Positions 1 to 10,608 are shown, counted from the stretch's first letter. The stretch: DNA of 40,932 nucleotides from Candidatus Pacearchaeota archaeon (GCA_018304055.1 JAGVWY010000036.1:1-40932), one strand, 5' to 3'. Notes: generated by a model not told the origin, from the sequence alone. Program-made: numbers and translations.

Positions 1-1641
1 GAAAGTTTTGATTATTGTGGTTCTGATGGAAAAACTTTGTATGAAGCTGTTTGTGTTTATGCAGACAAAAGTTACACTAGTACTAGTTCATATATAACTT
101 GGGATTGTAACATTGATGGAAGGATATGCAGAGATGGGGCGTGTGTTAAAAGTGATGAATGTGTTGTAGTAGCTTCTGAAACAAAAGAAATTAGCGAGGG
201 AAGTTCTGGGATTGTGAATGGCTTAACAGTTTTTGTTGATAATGCTGATGAATCACCTTCATGGTTATCTACAACTATAAAGACGGGCAATTACTTATTT
301 GATTTGAATAGTTCTTATCCAACTAATGAGATTACATTGAATAAAGCTGTATATAAATTTGAATTAATATCTGCTACCGATACCTCTGCAACTATAAAAG
401 TTACACTTAAAAGTTGTCCGTCCTCTGATACCTGTACTGATAGTGATGGTGGACTGAATTATAATGTGAAAGGAAGTGTTAATCAAACTTATGGTGGCAT
501 TAAACTTTATAATGATGATGTATGTTTTAATGAAAAAACTGTAAAAGAATTTTATTGTGATCCCTCTGGAATTTATAATGATGCTGATTTTGATTTAGAA
601 CCTTGTCCAAATGGCTGCAAAGATGGAGCATGTGTAAGTGGAGGCAGCGTAAACACAGAAATAATTTCGATTAATAATGTAGGAAATGATAAAATGGAGA
701 TAAATTTTACAGTTCATAGAAAAACACTTTTAAAAACAGTATTTGCACGAGCAACTGATAACTCACAGATATATCTTATGTATGATGATGATGGACGTAA
801 TATTAGTGTTAGAGAAATGGAAGTTTTACATTATCTGGACCGCGTTGTTGTTGGCAATGAAGATGAAGGATATTTATTAAAATTAACAGGGGTAAAAAAT
901 TCATCTGATACTAGTGCATCTGGTACTTTTGGGGATAGAGTTGAATTTACCGACGCATCTTCAGGAGCAGTTTACAAAACAACATGGACATCAGATGGGG
1001 TTGGTACTCTAGTTGTAGGTGGAAAAACTTATACTGTTTATCTGTCAGGAAATGCAAATAATGCAACTGAAGAATATAAAGTACAGTTAGATTACCCTGA
1101 TAGTAATAATATCGGTGAAAGAATAGCGTATCCTACTATACAAACTTCGTTGGGAGCGAAGGTAATGTTTTATGAACCATTAGAAATTAAAAATCCTAAT
1201 GACTTTTCAGTTGCTCAATTATTAATTCCAGATGGAGACGGATATACGCCATTAAACCTAGATAGAGGAACGGATAATACTTTTACATTTATTAAAAAAA
1301 TAGGGGAGCTTTATTTTGCTGTTGAAGCAGTGAAAGGCGATAATTCAAGAAAAGTATATTTAAAAAATGGTCTTAATGGAGAATTAATTAAGAATCCCGC
1401 AATAGTTATTTTAGAAGAAAAAAATAGTAATGCAGAATACAATGCTTTAGTTGTATCTCTTGAACCAGGATTTACTAATGACGATGGAATAGGCGTTGAT
1501 AAAGTGCATAGTACCTCTTCATTGACTCAATTAAGCAGCGATAGATTTAAAGATGTGTGGGGAAGTATAATAACCTATAATAGAGTAGATTCAGATCAGG
1601 TTAAGGTAACGATTATTTATCCAGACAGCCAAACTCAATAA
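1..1641 (+). CDS. 5'-partial Cys-rich surface protein with CTDSDGG-type repeat and S-layer-like C-terminal region
   Basis: Frame open from base 1; CTDSDGG..CPNGCKDGAC motif common in DPANN secreted proteins; C-terminal half (YPTIQT..AKVMFYEP, DVWGSIIT, DQV..IIYPDSQ) resembles archaeal S-layer proteins. Confidence 0.6.
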   Translation, partial: ESFDYCGSDGKTLYEAVCVYADKSYTSTSSYITWDCNIDGRICRDGACVKSDECVVVASETKEISEGSSGIVNGLTVFVDNADESPSWLSTTIKTGNYLFDLNSSYPTNEITLNKAVYKFELISATDTSATIKVTLKSCPSSDTCTDSDGGLNYNVKGSVNQTYGGIKLYNDDVCFNEKTVKEFYCDPSGIYNDADFDLEPCPNGCKDGACVSGGSVNTEIISINNVGNDKMEINFTVHRKTLLKTVFARATDNSQIYLMYDDDGRNISVREMEVLHYLDRVVVGNEDEGYLLKLTGVKNSSDTSASGTFGDRVEFTDASSGAVYKTTWTSDGVGTLVVGGKTYTVYLSGNANNATEEYKVQLDYPDSNNIGERIAYPTIQTSLGAKVMFYEPLEIKNPNDFSVAQLLIPDGDGYTPLNLDRGTDNTFTFIKKIGELYFAVEAVKGDNSRKVYLKNGLNGELIKNPAIVILEEKNSNAEYNALVVSLEPGFTNDDGIGVDKVHSTSSLTQLSSDRFKDVWGSIITYNRVDSDQVKVTIIYPDSQTQ

Positions 1642-1883
1642 TCTATACATTCTAATTTTAGGGAAATAACTTAATTACTTTTCACAACATATAAGAAATT
1701 ATTAATAAGAATTATAGACAATTCTTGAGAACTAGGAACATCTAAGTAGTACAAAAATAGTATAAAATTTAATATGAATGAGATAATTAAAACCAAATCC
1801 ATTTATGGAAATGGTTATTAGCTTAAAGCAGACAAACAAAAATTCATAGAAAATTTATAAATAGGGTTATATTAATATAATCT

Positions 1884-2104
1884 ATGATAGAATTAAAATC
1901 ACGTTTAAGAAGATGGGGAAGGAGTTTTGGTATAGTGTGCCTATGGAAAAAATAAAAGAAGAGAACTTTTCAGAAAATGAAATTGTTAGAATATTCATAG
2001 CAAAAAAAAGAAATCCGCTTAAAGAGACTTTTGGTGTTTTTAAATTTAAAAGACCTATAAAGGAAATTTTAGATGAAGGGGACAAAGAAAGTTGGGATGA
2101 ATGA
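1884..2104 (+). pseudogene. Frameshifted AbrB/MazE-type antitoxin
   Basis: ATG 1884 gives MIELKSRLRRWGRSFGIV; continuation VPMEKIKEENF..KETFG lies in another frame; one base missing near 1936. Confidence 0.7.
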
Positions 2105-2129
2105 AAATTAAAATTTTGCTCCAACAATT

Positions 2130-3353
2130 TTAAAAAACATGAAATAAAATTGTCGGTATTATCAATGCTCCCATTAAATGAATTCTTTTTATTCCGCTTA
2201 AAATAGTAAAAATTCCTAAAGAGGTAGAGGTTATAAAAACAGTTAAAGCAATTATTTTTCCTTGAATAGTGAAATCAGAAAATAAAAAAATAACTATTAT
2301 AAGAAATATTATAATAAAAAAAGATAATTTTTCATATTTTATTTTGTTAATGTTTTTTGCAGTAAATTTTGCGAGCGCAATAGTGAGAAAAAAAGAGATA
2401 ATTCCTGATGAGATTATGATAGTTAAGATAAGGATTAGATTAGATGTTGTTAACTCTGGCATTAGTTGAGAAACTGCTACTGCTGCTCCGGTTCTTGTTT
2501 TATTTATTGAATACAAGGTTATGAAGGAAAGTCCCATTACTATTGTATTAATTGCTCCTAAAAGAAAAAGAAATTGTTTTTGATCTTTTATATTAAAAAG
2601 TTGCTTTCCTATTATAGCTGACTGACTTGAACCTAAACCTGGAAGAAAAGAAGTAAATGGAGCTGAAAAAACAGAGGCACAAAAACCCTTAACCATATCT
2701 GTTTTGTTTAAGATAATATATTTAATAGGCATAATTTTTTGTTCAGGTATTTTAGTTTTTTGTTTAATACTTATAATTAACGTACTAGCTCCAAATAATC
2801 CAGTTAACAAAGGAAGTAAAGGCTCTTTTATATTAAGAGTGAGAGAAGCAATTCCTAAAAATCCGGATAAGATAAATATTATTAAAGAGGCAAGTTTCTT
2901 TTCTTCTGATAGAATGAGAAACAAAGAAACTAAGATTAAAATAATTCCTATACTTTTTTGAATTAGAGAATAAAAAGAAGGAAGAAAACCGAGAAATAAA
3001 GGTGTAAGTAATAAAATAATAAACAAAGCTATAATGCTTCCATATGCAGTATAAACTACTGCATCATAGCCCTTTCCTTCTAATAATAATTGATGTCCTG
3101 GGAGAATAGAGAGAAAAGAATCTTCTTCAGGGGCACCTAGGAAAATAGAAGGAATAAAATCAACAAATGTGTGAGTAACTGCCATTGATATTATGAATAC
3201 TGCGAAAAGAGTAGGAGGAAAAGAATTTGTTGAAGTGTAAACATAAGACAACAACATGACAGAAATAAGATTTATATGGATTCCGGGAGTTAAGCCAGTT
3301 AGAGTTCCTGCTAAAATGCCAACTAGTAAAGCTACTATTAGTTCGAGTATCAA
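2130..3353 (-). CDS. TctA-family (tripartite tricarboxylate transporter, DUF112-like) membrane protein
   Basis: GTLTGLTPGIHIN, HTFVDFIPSIFLGAP, LPGH motifs; many TM helices. Confidence 0.85.
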   Translation of the reverse strand: MILELIVALLVGILAGTLTGLTPGIHINLISVMLLSYVYTSTNSFPPTLFAVFIISMAVTHTFVDFIPSIFLGAPEEDSFLSILPGHQLLLEGKGYDAVVYTAYGSIIALFIILLLTPLFLGFLPSFYSLIQKSIGIILILVSLFLILSEEKKLASLIIFILSGFLGIASLTLNIKEPLLPLLTGLFGASTLIISIKQKTKIPEQKIMPIKYIILNKTDMVKGFCASVFSAPFTSFLPGLGSSQSAIIGKQLFNIKDQKQFLFLLGAINTIVMGLSFITLYSINKTRTGAAVAVSQLMPELTTSNLILILTIIISSGIISFFLTIALAKFTAKNINKIKYEKLSFFIIIFLIIVIFLFSDFTIQGKIIALTVFITSTSLGIFTILSGIKRIHLMGALIIPTILFHVF

Positions 3354-3692
3354 ATTTATTTCACCATTTATTATTTTATACTATTGAAGACATTATCCTT
3401 TTTAGTTACAATTATTAATATCCTCCCTTTTTTATATTTCTCATGACTAACGAAGAAAATAAGTTTTGGAAGAGTTGCTGAAAATCCTTTTTAAATAGCC
3501 CTAAAAATTAGCTAATAACTATCTTCAATCGAGAGTAAATTAGAAGTATATCTTTCACCAAAAAGTTCGTATAATCTTATAATTTCATTAAAATTTGGAG
3601 ATTTTATCGACTATAAAATTGTATTTATAAGTAAAATTCGGCAACTCTAGAGTTTTAGAAAACCTTTTATATTATTATTGGTTATTCATTTT

Positions 3693-4220
3693 ATGAAAAA
3701 TAAACATTCAGCTCATGAAGGAATGAAGCCAGAAATTATTACTCCTTATATTCCAGATGCCACTGAAAAAAAGCGATTATATGAGCTGGCTTTAAAAGAG
3801 ATACATGAGAGAGTCAAAGGAGTTGATAGCCTTGTTCCACGAATGGCAACAGTATCTTCTATTTTAAAAAATATCATACCTTATTATTCTTGGTGCGGAT
3901 TTTATTTTGCTGAAGAGAATGAAATGATTGTAGGGCCTTATCAAGGAACTGCAGCATGTGCGAATATTGCTTATTCAGGTGTTTGCGGAACTGCAGCTAA
4001 GAATAAGAAAACAGTAGTTGTTCCGAATGTTCATGAATTTCCAGGGCATATAACATGCGATACTAGATCAAATTCTGAAATCGTCGTCCCTATTATTGAG
4101 GATAATATGGTTATTGCAGTGTTGGATGTTGACTCTGTATTATTAAACGCATTTGATGACATTGATAAGAAATTTTTAGAAGAAAAAATAATACCTATTT
4201 TACTAGAGGCAACTAATTAA
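3693..4220 (+). CDS. msrC: GAF-domain protein, free methionine-R-sulfoxide reductase-like
   Basis: WCGFY, GPYQG..AC, GVCGTAA, VHEFPGHITCD, SEIVVP, VLDVDS motifs; ATG 3693 preferred over TTG 3678. Confidence 0.8.
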   Translation: MKNKHSAHEGMKPEIITPYIPDATEKKRLYELALKEIHERVKGVDSLVPRMATVSSILKNIIPYYSWCGFYFAEENEMIVGPYQGTAACANIAYSGVCGTAAKNKKTVVVPNVHEFPGHITCDTRSNSEIVVPIIEDNMVIAVLDVDSVLLNAFDDIDKKFLEEKIIPILLEATN

Positions 4221-4222
4221 AC
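4208..4222 (+). repeat. Target-site duplication, left copy (GGCAACTAATTAAAC); right copy 5169-5183
   Basis: Exact 15-bp direct repeat abutting both IS ends. Confidence 0.9.
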
Positions 4223-5168
4223 TGTCTTATCCCGAAATTATTTCATAAGGACAATATAATTGTTCCTATGAAACTGACAAGATCTAAGTTAATTGAGACG
4301 CTTAGAAAGCTAAATAATGGAGAAACAGTTTACCAAGCAAGAAAGATAGCTGGTGTAAGCGTGAGAAGAGTTTATCAAGTGAAGGAGGCATTTGAAAACA
4401 AAGGGGAGATTCTAGAAATAGGAAATAACGTCGGAAGGCCATTGATACCATTTGAAAATTGGGAGATTGAAATAGTAAAAGAAGCTTACGATAGATACAG
4501 AGTTTCAGCAGACACTTTAGAAAGATTAATTGACAGGGACTACAAAAGGCATATAGGTCATAACAGGATTCATAAGATTCTTGTATATCTTGATTATGCC
4601 AAGAAAAAGTCGTTCAAAGACATCAGAAAAAAGAAATGGAAGAGATATGAAAGAAGGCATTCTTTAACTGCCGTTCATATTGATTGGCATTATTTCAGGG
4701 GAAATTGGGTTTTTGGTGTTGAAGATGATGCGAGTAGAAAACTTCTTGCTATGATTGAGTCTAAAAACGAATCAACTGACAATTCAATTTCAGAAATGGA
4801 AATTGCTCTGAAACACGGGCCAATAAAACAATGTATAAGTGATCATGGCTCAACATTCACAAGCAATTTTGTCAACGCTAAATCAAGATTTAGAGAGTAT
4901 TTAATATTAAAAGGGATAAAACCAATACTTTGCAGAGTTCGCCATCCAAGGAGTAATGGAAAAATAGAGAAATGGTTCCAAGCTTACAACAAACATCGCG
5001 AAGCTTTTAAAACAACTGAAGAATTTTTGTTTTGGTACAATGATTTAAAACCACATAAAGCTTTAAAATTTGATGAACTTGAAACTCCATCACAAGCTTT
5101 CATAAGAAAACTCAGAAAATGAAAACTCGAAATAAATCAGCGTTAGGAAATATTAATGGGATACAACA
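4223..5168 (+). mobile_element. IS481-family insertion sequence (946 bp)
   Basis: TGT...ACA ends; imperfect terminal IRs (TGTCTTATCCCGAAATTATTTC vs revcomp TGTTGTATCCCATTAATATTTC); 15-bp flanking direct repeat. Confidence 0.9.
4268..5122 (+). CDS. IS481-family transposase (HTH + rve integrase core)
   Basis: HIDW, DDASR, SDHG, NGKIEKW DDE motifs. Confidence 0.9.
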   Translation: MKLTRSKLIETLRKLNNGETVYQARKIAGVSVRRVYQVKEAFENKGEILEIGNNVGRPLIPFENWEIEIVKEAYDRYRVSADTLERLIDRDYKRHIGHNRIHKILVYLDYAKKKSFKDIRKKKWKRYERRHSLTAVHIDWHYFRGNWVFGVEDDASRKLLAMIESKNESTDNSISEMEIALKHGPIKQCISDHGSTFTSNFVNAKSRFREYLILKGIKPILCRVRHPRSNGKIEKWFQAYNKHREAFKTTEEFLFWYNDLKPHKALKFDELETPSQAFIRKLRK

Positions 5169-5218
5169 GGCAACTAATTAAACAATAGTTTTATAAAGAA
5201 ATTATTCTTATAATTTTC

Positions 5219-7297
5219 ATGAAAGGAAGAGGTGTTCATTTATTTTTGATTTTATTGTTAGTGATTTTTATAGCTGGCGTGATGTATGCAGGAGTAATCG
5301 CACAGGAAAATGTTTCAACTGGAGAAACCCCTTCTGATGAGGATATTGAATCTTCAGAAACAGGGGGAAGTCAAGAAACCTTAACAAAAGAATTCGAGGG
5401 AACTGAGGAGGTTGATGAAGAACCTCTTGAAGAAGAATTTTCTAATGAAATCGAGGAGATTGAGGAAATTGATGGCGAAGAAAGTGAGGAGGAAGATTTA
5501 GGTGATATTGATACTGGCGAATTAGATGCAGGAATAACTCCTGATAGTTTTTTTTATTTTATAGATGAATTTTTTGATAGATTTGGAAGTTGTGTTGAGA
5601 ATCGGGAAGAAAAGATAGCTGAAATCAAAGCAATGGTTGAGGAAGGTAAGATAGATGATGCTAAAAAAGCTTTAGAACGATACGAACACTGCGCAGAGAA
5701 TGTAGAAAAAGAAGCAAGCCCCGGGGAAAAAGAAAGAATAGAAAAGGGATCTAAGATAATTAAGAAAGCCATAAGAAATATTAAAGATAAAATTCCTGAA
5801 GAGGATAGAAAGGATTTTGAGGATATAATTGATAAAGAAGAGAGGATTGAAAAAGCAGTTAAAATTGCCTCGAAAATTAAAGATTTATGTGAAGAATTAT
5901 CTAAATTAGATCCTTTAGAATATTCTAGAGTATGTAAGATTGATGATAAAGTTCCAGAATGGAGAAAGGTTCATGATAAAAAATTAACTGAAGAACAAAG
6001 AAAAGAAGCAAAAGAGTTTGGCGAAATCATGAGAGAGTGTATGAGAACTTCTGGAAAAGAATGTAGGTGCGAGGAAATTGATTTTGTTCCAATGTCTAAT
6101 ATGTGTAGTACAGCAAAGCCTCTAGCCATTAAATGCGATGATGGAGATGAAACTTCCTGCGAAGAATTGAATAATTTGGAATTTCCAGAAATGCCTGATT
6201 ATTTATTAGAGGTTATGGATAATATTGAAAGAAATGTTAAAGTAGATCAATTTGAAAAACATATGCCTAGAGAGTGCATTGAAGAAGGCGCAGATAACTC
6301 TCAAAAATGCATTGAATTAATGTTTAGAAGAAATGCTCCTGGGCCATGTCTTAATGCATTAGACCGAGGAGAAATTAGTTTTAAAAATGAAAGAGAGGCG
6401 AGAGAAGCATGCGAAAAAATCATGTTTGAAGAAAATGCTCCTGAAGAATGTATCGAAGCTGGATTAAGAGATCCTAAAGAATGTGGGAAATTAATGTTCC
6501 AAAGAAATGCTCCTGAAGAATGTATCGAAGCTGGATTAACAGGAGAGCATAAAGATGATCCTAGGAAGTGCGAGAAATTAATGAGAGAAAAAGGGGATTT
6601 TGGACCTCCTGATCATGCAGTTGCTGCTGGATTTAGATGTAAGAATATTGAAAATTCAGATGAAAGATTAAAATGTTTTGATGAAGCTCTTAAATCAGTT
6701 GAGGGAAGGGGAAAAGAGCATTATGATTATAGTAATGAACAAAGAGGCCCTCCTGGAGGATGGCCTGAGCCTTGTGAAAGAACTGGCGCAAGAACTAGAG
6801 AAAGCTGCGAGAAAATAATGAGAGCAGAAGGAGATAGAAGATTTGAAGAGACAAAAGAAGGAGAAAGAGCATGTGTAGAACAATGCAGCAGTGAAGGAAA
6901 AGCTTGGGATTTCTCTAATGGAGAATGTAAATGTAGAGAAGGAGAAAGAAGAGATTATCAAGAGTTTTATAAACAAGGAGAAGATTTGTTTAAACAAAGA
7001 CAGGATTATGAGAGAAATTTTGCAGAAGAATGTAGTAGCAGAGGAGGACGATGGGATTGCAGTAATGGTCAGTGTAATTGTGTAGTTGAGAATGTAGAAC
7101 AACAACCTTCAACAACTCCTACACCTTCAGAAGAGCCTACAACAACTCAAGAACAGCCTTCTACAACCACTACTCAAGAAAGTGGAACTTCTGGGGAAAG
7201 TGGAGGCAGTTCAGGAAGCAGTGATTCAGGCAGTGAGGGAGGAATTACAGGAGGAGTTATTTTTGATAATGAGTTCTTAGATTATTACTATAGGTAA
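5219..7297 (+). CDS. Secreted/membrane-anchored acidic Cys-rich protein with DUF5667-like helical domain
   Basis: N-terminal hydrophobic signal; AGITPDSFFYF motif; repeated P.ECIEAG..ECGKLMF units; S/T/G-rich tail ending GGITGGVI. Confidence 0.7.
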   Translation: MKGRGVHLFLILLLVIFIAGVMYAGVIAQENVSTGETPSDEDIESSETGGSQETLTKEFEGTEEVDEEPLEEEFSNEIEEIEEIDGEESEEEDLGDIDTGELDAGITPDSFFYFIDEFFDRFGSCVENREEKIAEIKAMVEEGKIDDAKKALERYEHCAENVEKEASPGEKERIEKGSKIIKKAIRNIKDKIPEEDRKDFEDIIDKEERIEKAVKIASKIKDLCEELSKLDPLEYSRVCKIDDKVPEWRKVHDKKLTEEQRKEAKEFGEIMRECMRTSGKECRCEEIDFVPMSNMCSTAKPLAIKCDDGDETSCEELNNLEFPEMPDYLLEVMDNIERNVKVDQFEKHMPRECIEEGADNSQKCIELMFRRNAPGPCLNALDRGEISFKNEREAREACEKIMFEENAPEECIEAGLRDPKECGKLMFQRNAPEECIEAGLTGEHKDDPRKCEKLMREKGDFGPPDHAVAAGFRCKNIENSDERLKCFDEALKSVEGRGKEHYDYSNEQRGPPGGWPEPCERTGARTRESCEKIMRAEGDRRFEETKEGERACVEQCSSEGKAWDFSNGECKCREGERRDYQEFYKQGEDLFKQRQDYERNFAEECSSRGGRWDCSNGQCNCVVENVEQQPSTTPTPSEEPTTTQEQPSTTTTQESGTSGESGGSSGSSDSGSEGGITGGVIFDNEFLDYYYR

Positions 7298-7356
7298 CAA
7301 GGATTTTTTTGGAATGATAAACGAAAAGTTTTATTAAGAAAGATTGGCAAGTATTG

Positions 7357-7575
7357 TTATCTAAAATAATGATTTTCTAAATATTCTCTTAAAGGAGTAC
7401 AACATCCTTCACATCCACCACAATAACAACACCGAGTTTCATCTTCAGTTAATTGATATCCTTGAGAGGACCTATTGAGAGATCGCATTTTCCACACACA
7501 TGTCTTACCTTTTAATAAATTTTCTCTATCTATATTTAGTAATTTTTCTATTGCGACCATTAACATAATAACCAT
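7357..7575 (-). CDS. Small Cys-rich hypothetical protein
   Basis: 72-aa ORF with CCYCGGCEGCC cluster; start uncertain, overlaps transposase read-through tail. Confidence 0.4.
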   Translation of the reverse strand: MVIMLMVAIEKLLNIDRENLLKGKTCVWKMRSLNRSSQGYQLTEDETRCCYCGGCEGCCTPLREYLENHYFR

Positions 7576-8455
7576 AAAAATATTTAAATTTATCTTCTGT
7601 TTGAGCGTGTCTAATAATTAGCACGTCTATGATTATAATTTTATTATTACATCTTATTAATAGCTTAATTTGATAACTAATAATCCTGCTAAGGACTCTT
7701 GCTTGTAAGGATTGTTCATTTCTTGCATGTAACCTGTCTCCAAATTCATTTGTTAGACTTCCAAATACACTTTCACCTCTGCCCCTATGCCTATATCCTC
7801 GTCGATTAACAGGCATTCTATATAACTTTCTTGCTTTTTTTCTCCAGTGACCTTTCCATCTGTTTTTGTTAGGACAAACAATCGGATAGTAACCTTTTTC
7901 AAATAAAACTTTGATTGTTTTATTATCATCATATCCAGCATCAGCATATACTCTTCCATATCCTGAAGGCAATGCTTCGTTTGTAGGATCTCTTATATTC
8001 TTTTTAAGAAAACTTACTCCAATTGGATAAACTGTTTCTTGTGCTATTCTGTTTGCAACATGAATCTGTACTTCTTCAATAGTCCATGTTGTGAACTTTG
8101 TTGCATCAATAAAGCTAAATATTTTCCTTAGATATTTATCTAGAATCCTTCCAGCTCTTGATATTACTATCTGCATACATCTCGTAATTTCTGGTTTATT
8201 TTCCCAATAAGCAATGACTGAATGATCCACTCTCTCACCAACGACAAATTCACTCAATCTCACTTCAGCCTTTCTCAAGCTTAAAGTATCACAAAACTCT
8301 TTAAGAACTATCAATTGTACATATTCAACAGGATTATGTTTTGGTGGTCTTCCTCTTTTTTCCTCCTTTTTTCTTATTAATCTTTGTGTTAAACGCTTAA
8401 TTTCATTAAGCGCAAAATTTAAATCATGTATCTCCGTTATCCATCTAGATAGCAT
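7526..8455 (-). CDS. DDE transposase (IS5/IS4 superfamily)
   Basis: RGRPP, IDATKF, YADAGYD, YRHRGRGESVFGSL motifs; SD AGGAGGTGA before ATG 8455; stop lies outside the element. Confidence 0.85.
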   Translation of the reverse strand: MLSRWITEIHDLNFALNEIKRLTQRLIRKKEEKRGRPPKHNPVEYVQLIVLKEFCDTLSLRKAEVRLSEFVVGERVDHSVIAYWENKPEITRCMQIVISRAGRILDKYLRKIFSFIDATKFTTWTIEEVQIHVANRIAQETVYPIGVSFLKKNIRDPTNEALPSGYGRVYADAGYDDNKTIKVLFEKGYYPIVCPNKNRWKGHWRKKARKLYRMPVNRRGYRHRGRGESVFGSLTNEFGDRLHARNEQSLQARVLSRIISYQIKLLIRCNNKIIIIDVLIIRHAQTEDKFKYFYGYYVNGRNRKITKYR

Positions 8456-8526
8456 GGTGTTCACCTCCTTTTTAATTAAATAAATGAGGTGAAACACCTT
8501 TAAAGAATTATTTTTTAGACACGCTC
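7603..8526 (-). mobile_element. IS5-like (DDE_Tnp_1) insertion sequence (924 bp)
   Basis: Terminal IR GAGCGTGTCTAA (7603-7614) / TTAGACACGCTC (8515-8526); 9-bp TSD CTTCTGTTT at 7594-7602 and 8527-8535. Confidence 0.9.
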
Positions 8527-8759
8527 CTTCTGTTTGAAACTTTTAATGATAAAATCTGTTTTGGGCAGTTTAATTATAACCATGGATTATAGTACAAGTT
8601 CGATTACCGATATTTTGAAAATATCAGAAATATTTAAAAACAATAGTTTTTATTTTATATAACGTGAGAATTAAATCTTCAATTATTATTTAATTCTCCC
8701 GAACATAGCAAAAGCTTACAAATACTTCAAGCATTTGCTATACATTGGTGATTTAAAAA

Positions 8760-9836
8760 ATGCCATTTGATGAACGAACAAGGAAATTAGCTGAAATTGC
8801 TGTCAGGTATTCAATAAATGTTAAACCTCAAGAAAAAATTATTATTTCTGGAGGAAGCGAGGCAATTCCATTTTTAGTTGAGTTATATAAGCAGATTATA
8901 TTAGTAGGAGGGATTCCTATTGTTAGGGTAAATCTCCCCAATGTTAGCGATTTTTTTTATAAACATGCAAATGATAACCAGTTAGAACATTTTCCAGACT
9001 ATTGGTTTGACACTGTTAAACAAGCTCAGGGATATATAGGCATTAACAGCGATTTAAATACAAGAGAATTAACTAATACAGATCCTAAAAAAGTTGCATT
9101 AAGACAAAAGATTTTACATAAAATTAGCGATTATATTGTGAACACTCCTGATAAAATAAGGAGAGTTACTATTGCTTATCCTTGCTTAGCTCTAGCCCAG
9201 GACGCTGAAATGTCTTTAGATGAGTATGAAGAATATGTTTATAGGGCATGTCTAATAGACTGGAAAAAATTTGGGAAAGAATTAGATAAAATAAACAAAG
9301 TGTTTGAAAAAGGCAATGAAGTTAAGTTGATTGGAGAAGGTGTTGAGCTAACTTTCTCTATCAAAGGGAGAAATTGCATTCCTGATAAAGGAGAAGAAAA
9401 CATGCCTGGAGGAGAGGTTTTTATGGCTCCTGTAAAAGAGAGCTTACAAGGATGGATTAAATTTGATTATCCTAGAATAGTAAGTGGAAAACAAATTTCT
9501 GGAGTTTATTTGAAATTTGATAAAGGAAAAATTGTTGAATATAGAGCTGAAAAAGGAAAAGAATTTTTAGGAGAGTTATTGAAGACAGATGAAAATGCAA
9601 GTTATATTGGAGAATTTGGCGTTGGTTGTAATCCCATGATTAATAGATATACCAATGATTTGTTATTTGATGAAAAGATATTTGGGACTATTCATTTAGC
9701 TTTAGGAATGGCTTATACGCAAAATGGAGGGGGAAATGATTCAAGTATACATGTTGATATTGTTAAAGATATGAAGCAAGGAAAAATAATTGTTGATGGG
9801 AAAATTATCCAGGAGAGGGGTAAGTGGAAGATATAA
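8760..9836 (+). CDS. M29-family aminopeptidase (AmpS/AmpT-like)
   Basis: NMPGGEVF, IGEFGVG, LFDEKI.GTIHLALG, SSIHVD motifs. Confidence 0.92.
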   Translation: MPFDERTRKLAEIAVRYSINVKPQEKIIISGGSEAIPFLVELYKQIILVGGIPIVRVNLPNVSDFFYKHANDNQLEHFPDYWFDTVKQAQGYIGINSDLNTRELTNTDPKKVALRQKILHKISDYIVNTPDKIRRVTIAYPCLALAQDAEMSLDEYEEYVYRACLIDWKKFGKELDKINKVFEKGNEVKLIGEGVELTFSIKGRNCIPDKGEENMPGGEVFMAPVKESLQGWIKFDYPRIVSGKQISGVYLKFDKGKIVEYRAEKGKEFLGELLKTDENASYIGEFGVGCNPMINRYTNDLLFDEKIFGTIHLALGMAYTQNGGGNDSSIHVDIVKDMKQGKIIVDGKIIQERGKWKI

Positions 9837-10152
9837 TTTCTGCGTTTATTTGAATATTTTCTTTGTATATTGATACTTTGCCTATGACCCCTATATTTTG
9901 ATTTTTGGATATATTTTGTTTCTCATCTACTACGACATCAATAATATTATTATTCTCTTCAATAGTAAGTATCTGGAAGTTATCATAATTTTTTATAGAG
10001 ATTATAGTTCCTTGAATTCTAACTTTTTTATTTAGATATTCTGCATTTATTTCAGAAATCTGGATAAGACGAGGAGATGAGAAATACGAAATGGACAGTA
10101 AAAGAAATATTCCCAGAATAGAGGTAATCAAAACTATTTTTTTAGTGTCCAT
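9805..10152 (-). CDS. Membrane-anchored OB-fold protein
   Basis: N-terminal TM, then KVRIQGTI..VIGKV..YK..IQINAE OB-fold pattern. Confidence 0.7.
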   Translation of the reverse strand: MDTKKIVLITSILGIFLLLSISYFSSPRLIQISEINAEYLNKKVRIQGTIISIKNYDNFQILTIEENNNIIDVVVDEKQNISKNQNIGVIGKVSIYKENIQINAEIISSTYPSPG

Positions 10153-10200
10153 TATTTTTTAAAAGATAAAGTTTATATATTTGTTTTGATTACCTTAGTT

Positions 10201-10608
10201 ATGTTGGAAAAAGAGTTTGAAAGTGAAAGAATACCTGTTCCTATAATTGAAAGACATTATTTAGATATCCCTTATCCTAATTCTGAAACTATTAAGGAAG
10301 AGGATATAGTTATAGGATTACGGGAAGGAAGAGAGCATTTATATGATGTAGCGAGAGTTATAGCCTTTAATGATTATGGACTTATATATGATATTATGAG
10401 AAAAGATGGAGGATATGATAGAGATGGCTCTTCATTTGATTATCTTGCTAAAAAGCCAGTAGTTTTTCTTAGAGAAGATAATGGGAAATTAGAGGTTGTT
10501 GCTGCGACCGGGGATATTACTGAAGGGCTTGATAAGTTGTTTGAAACTTATTTAATTGAAATTTCTGAAAAAGCCATGATGAGAAGATTTGGTATTGCTA
10601 TAAATTAA
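10201..10608 (+). CDS. Hypothetical protein
   Basis: ORF with normal codon usage; TTTATATA about 25 nt upstream of ATG 10201. Confidence 0.6.
   Translation: MLEKEFESERIPVPIIERHYLDIPYPNSETIKEEDIVIGLREGREHLYDVARVIAFNDYGLIYDIMRKDGGYDRDGSSFDYLAKKPVVFLREDNGKLEVVAATGDITEGLDKLFETYLIEISEKAMMRRFGIAIN

Noticed and set aside
3360-3670. Possible gene remnant between tctA and the GAF gene
   Set aside because: Only short interrupted frames; nothing identifiable
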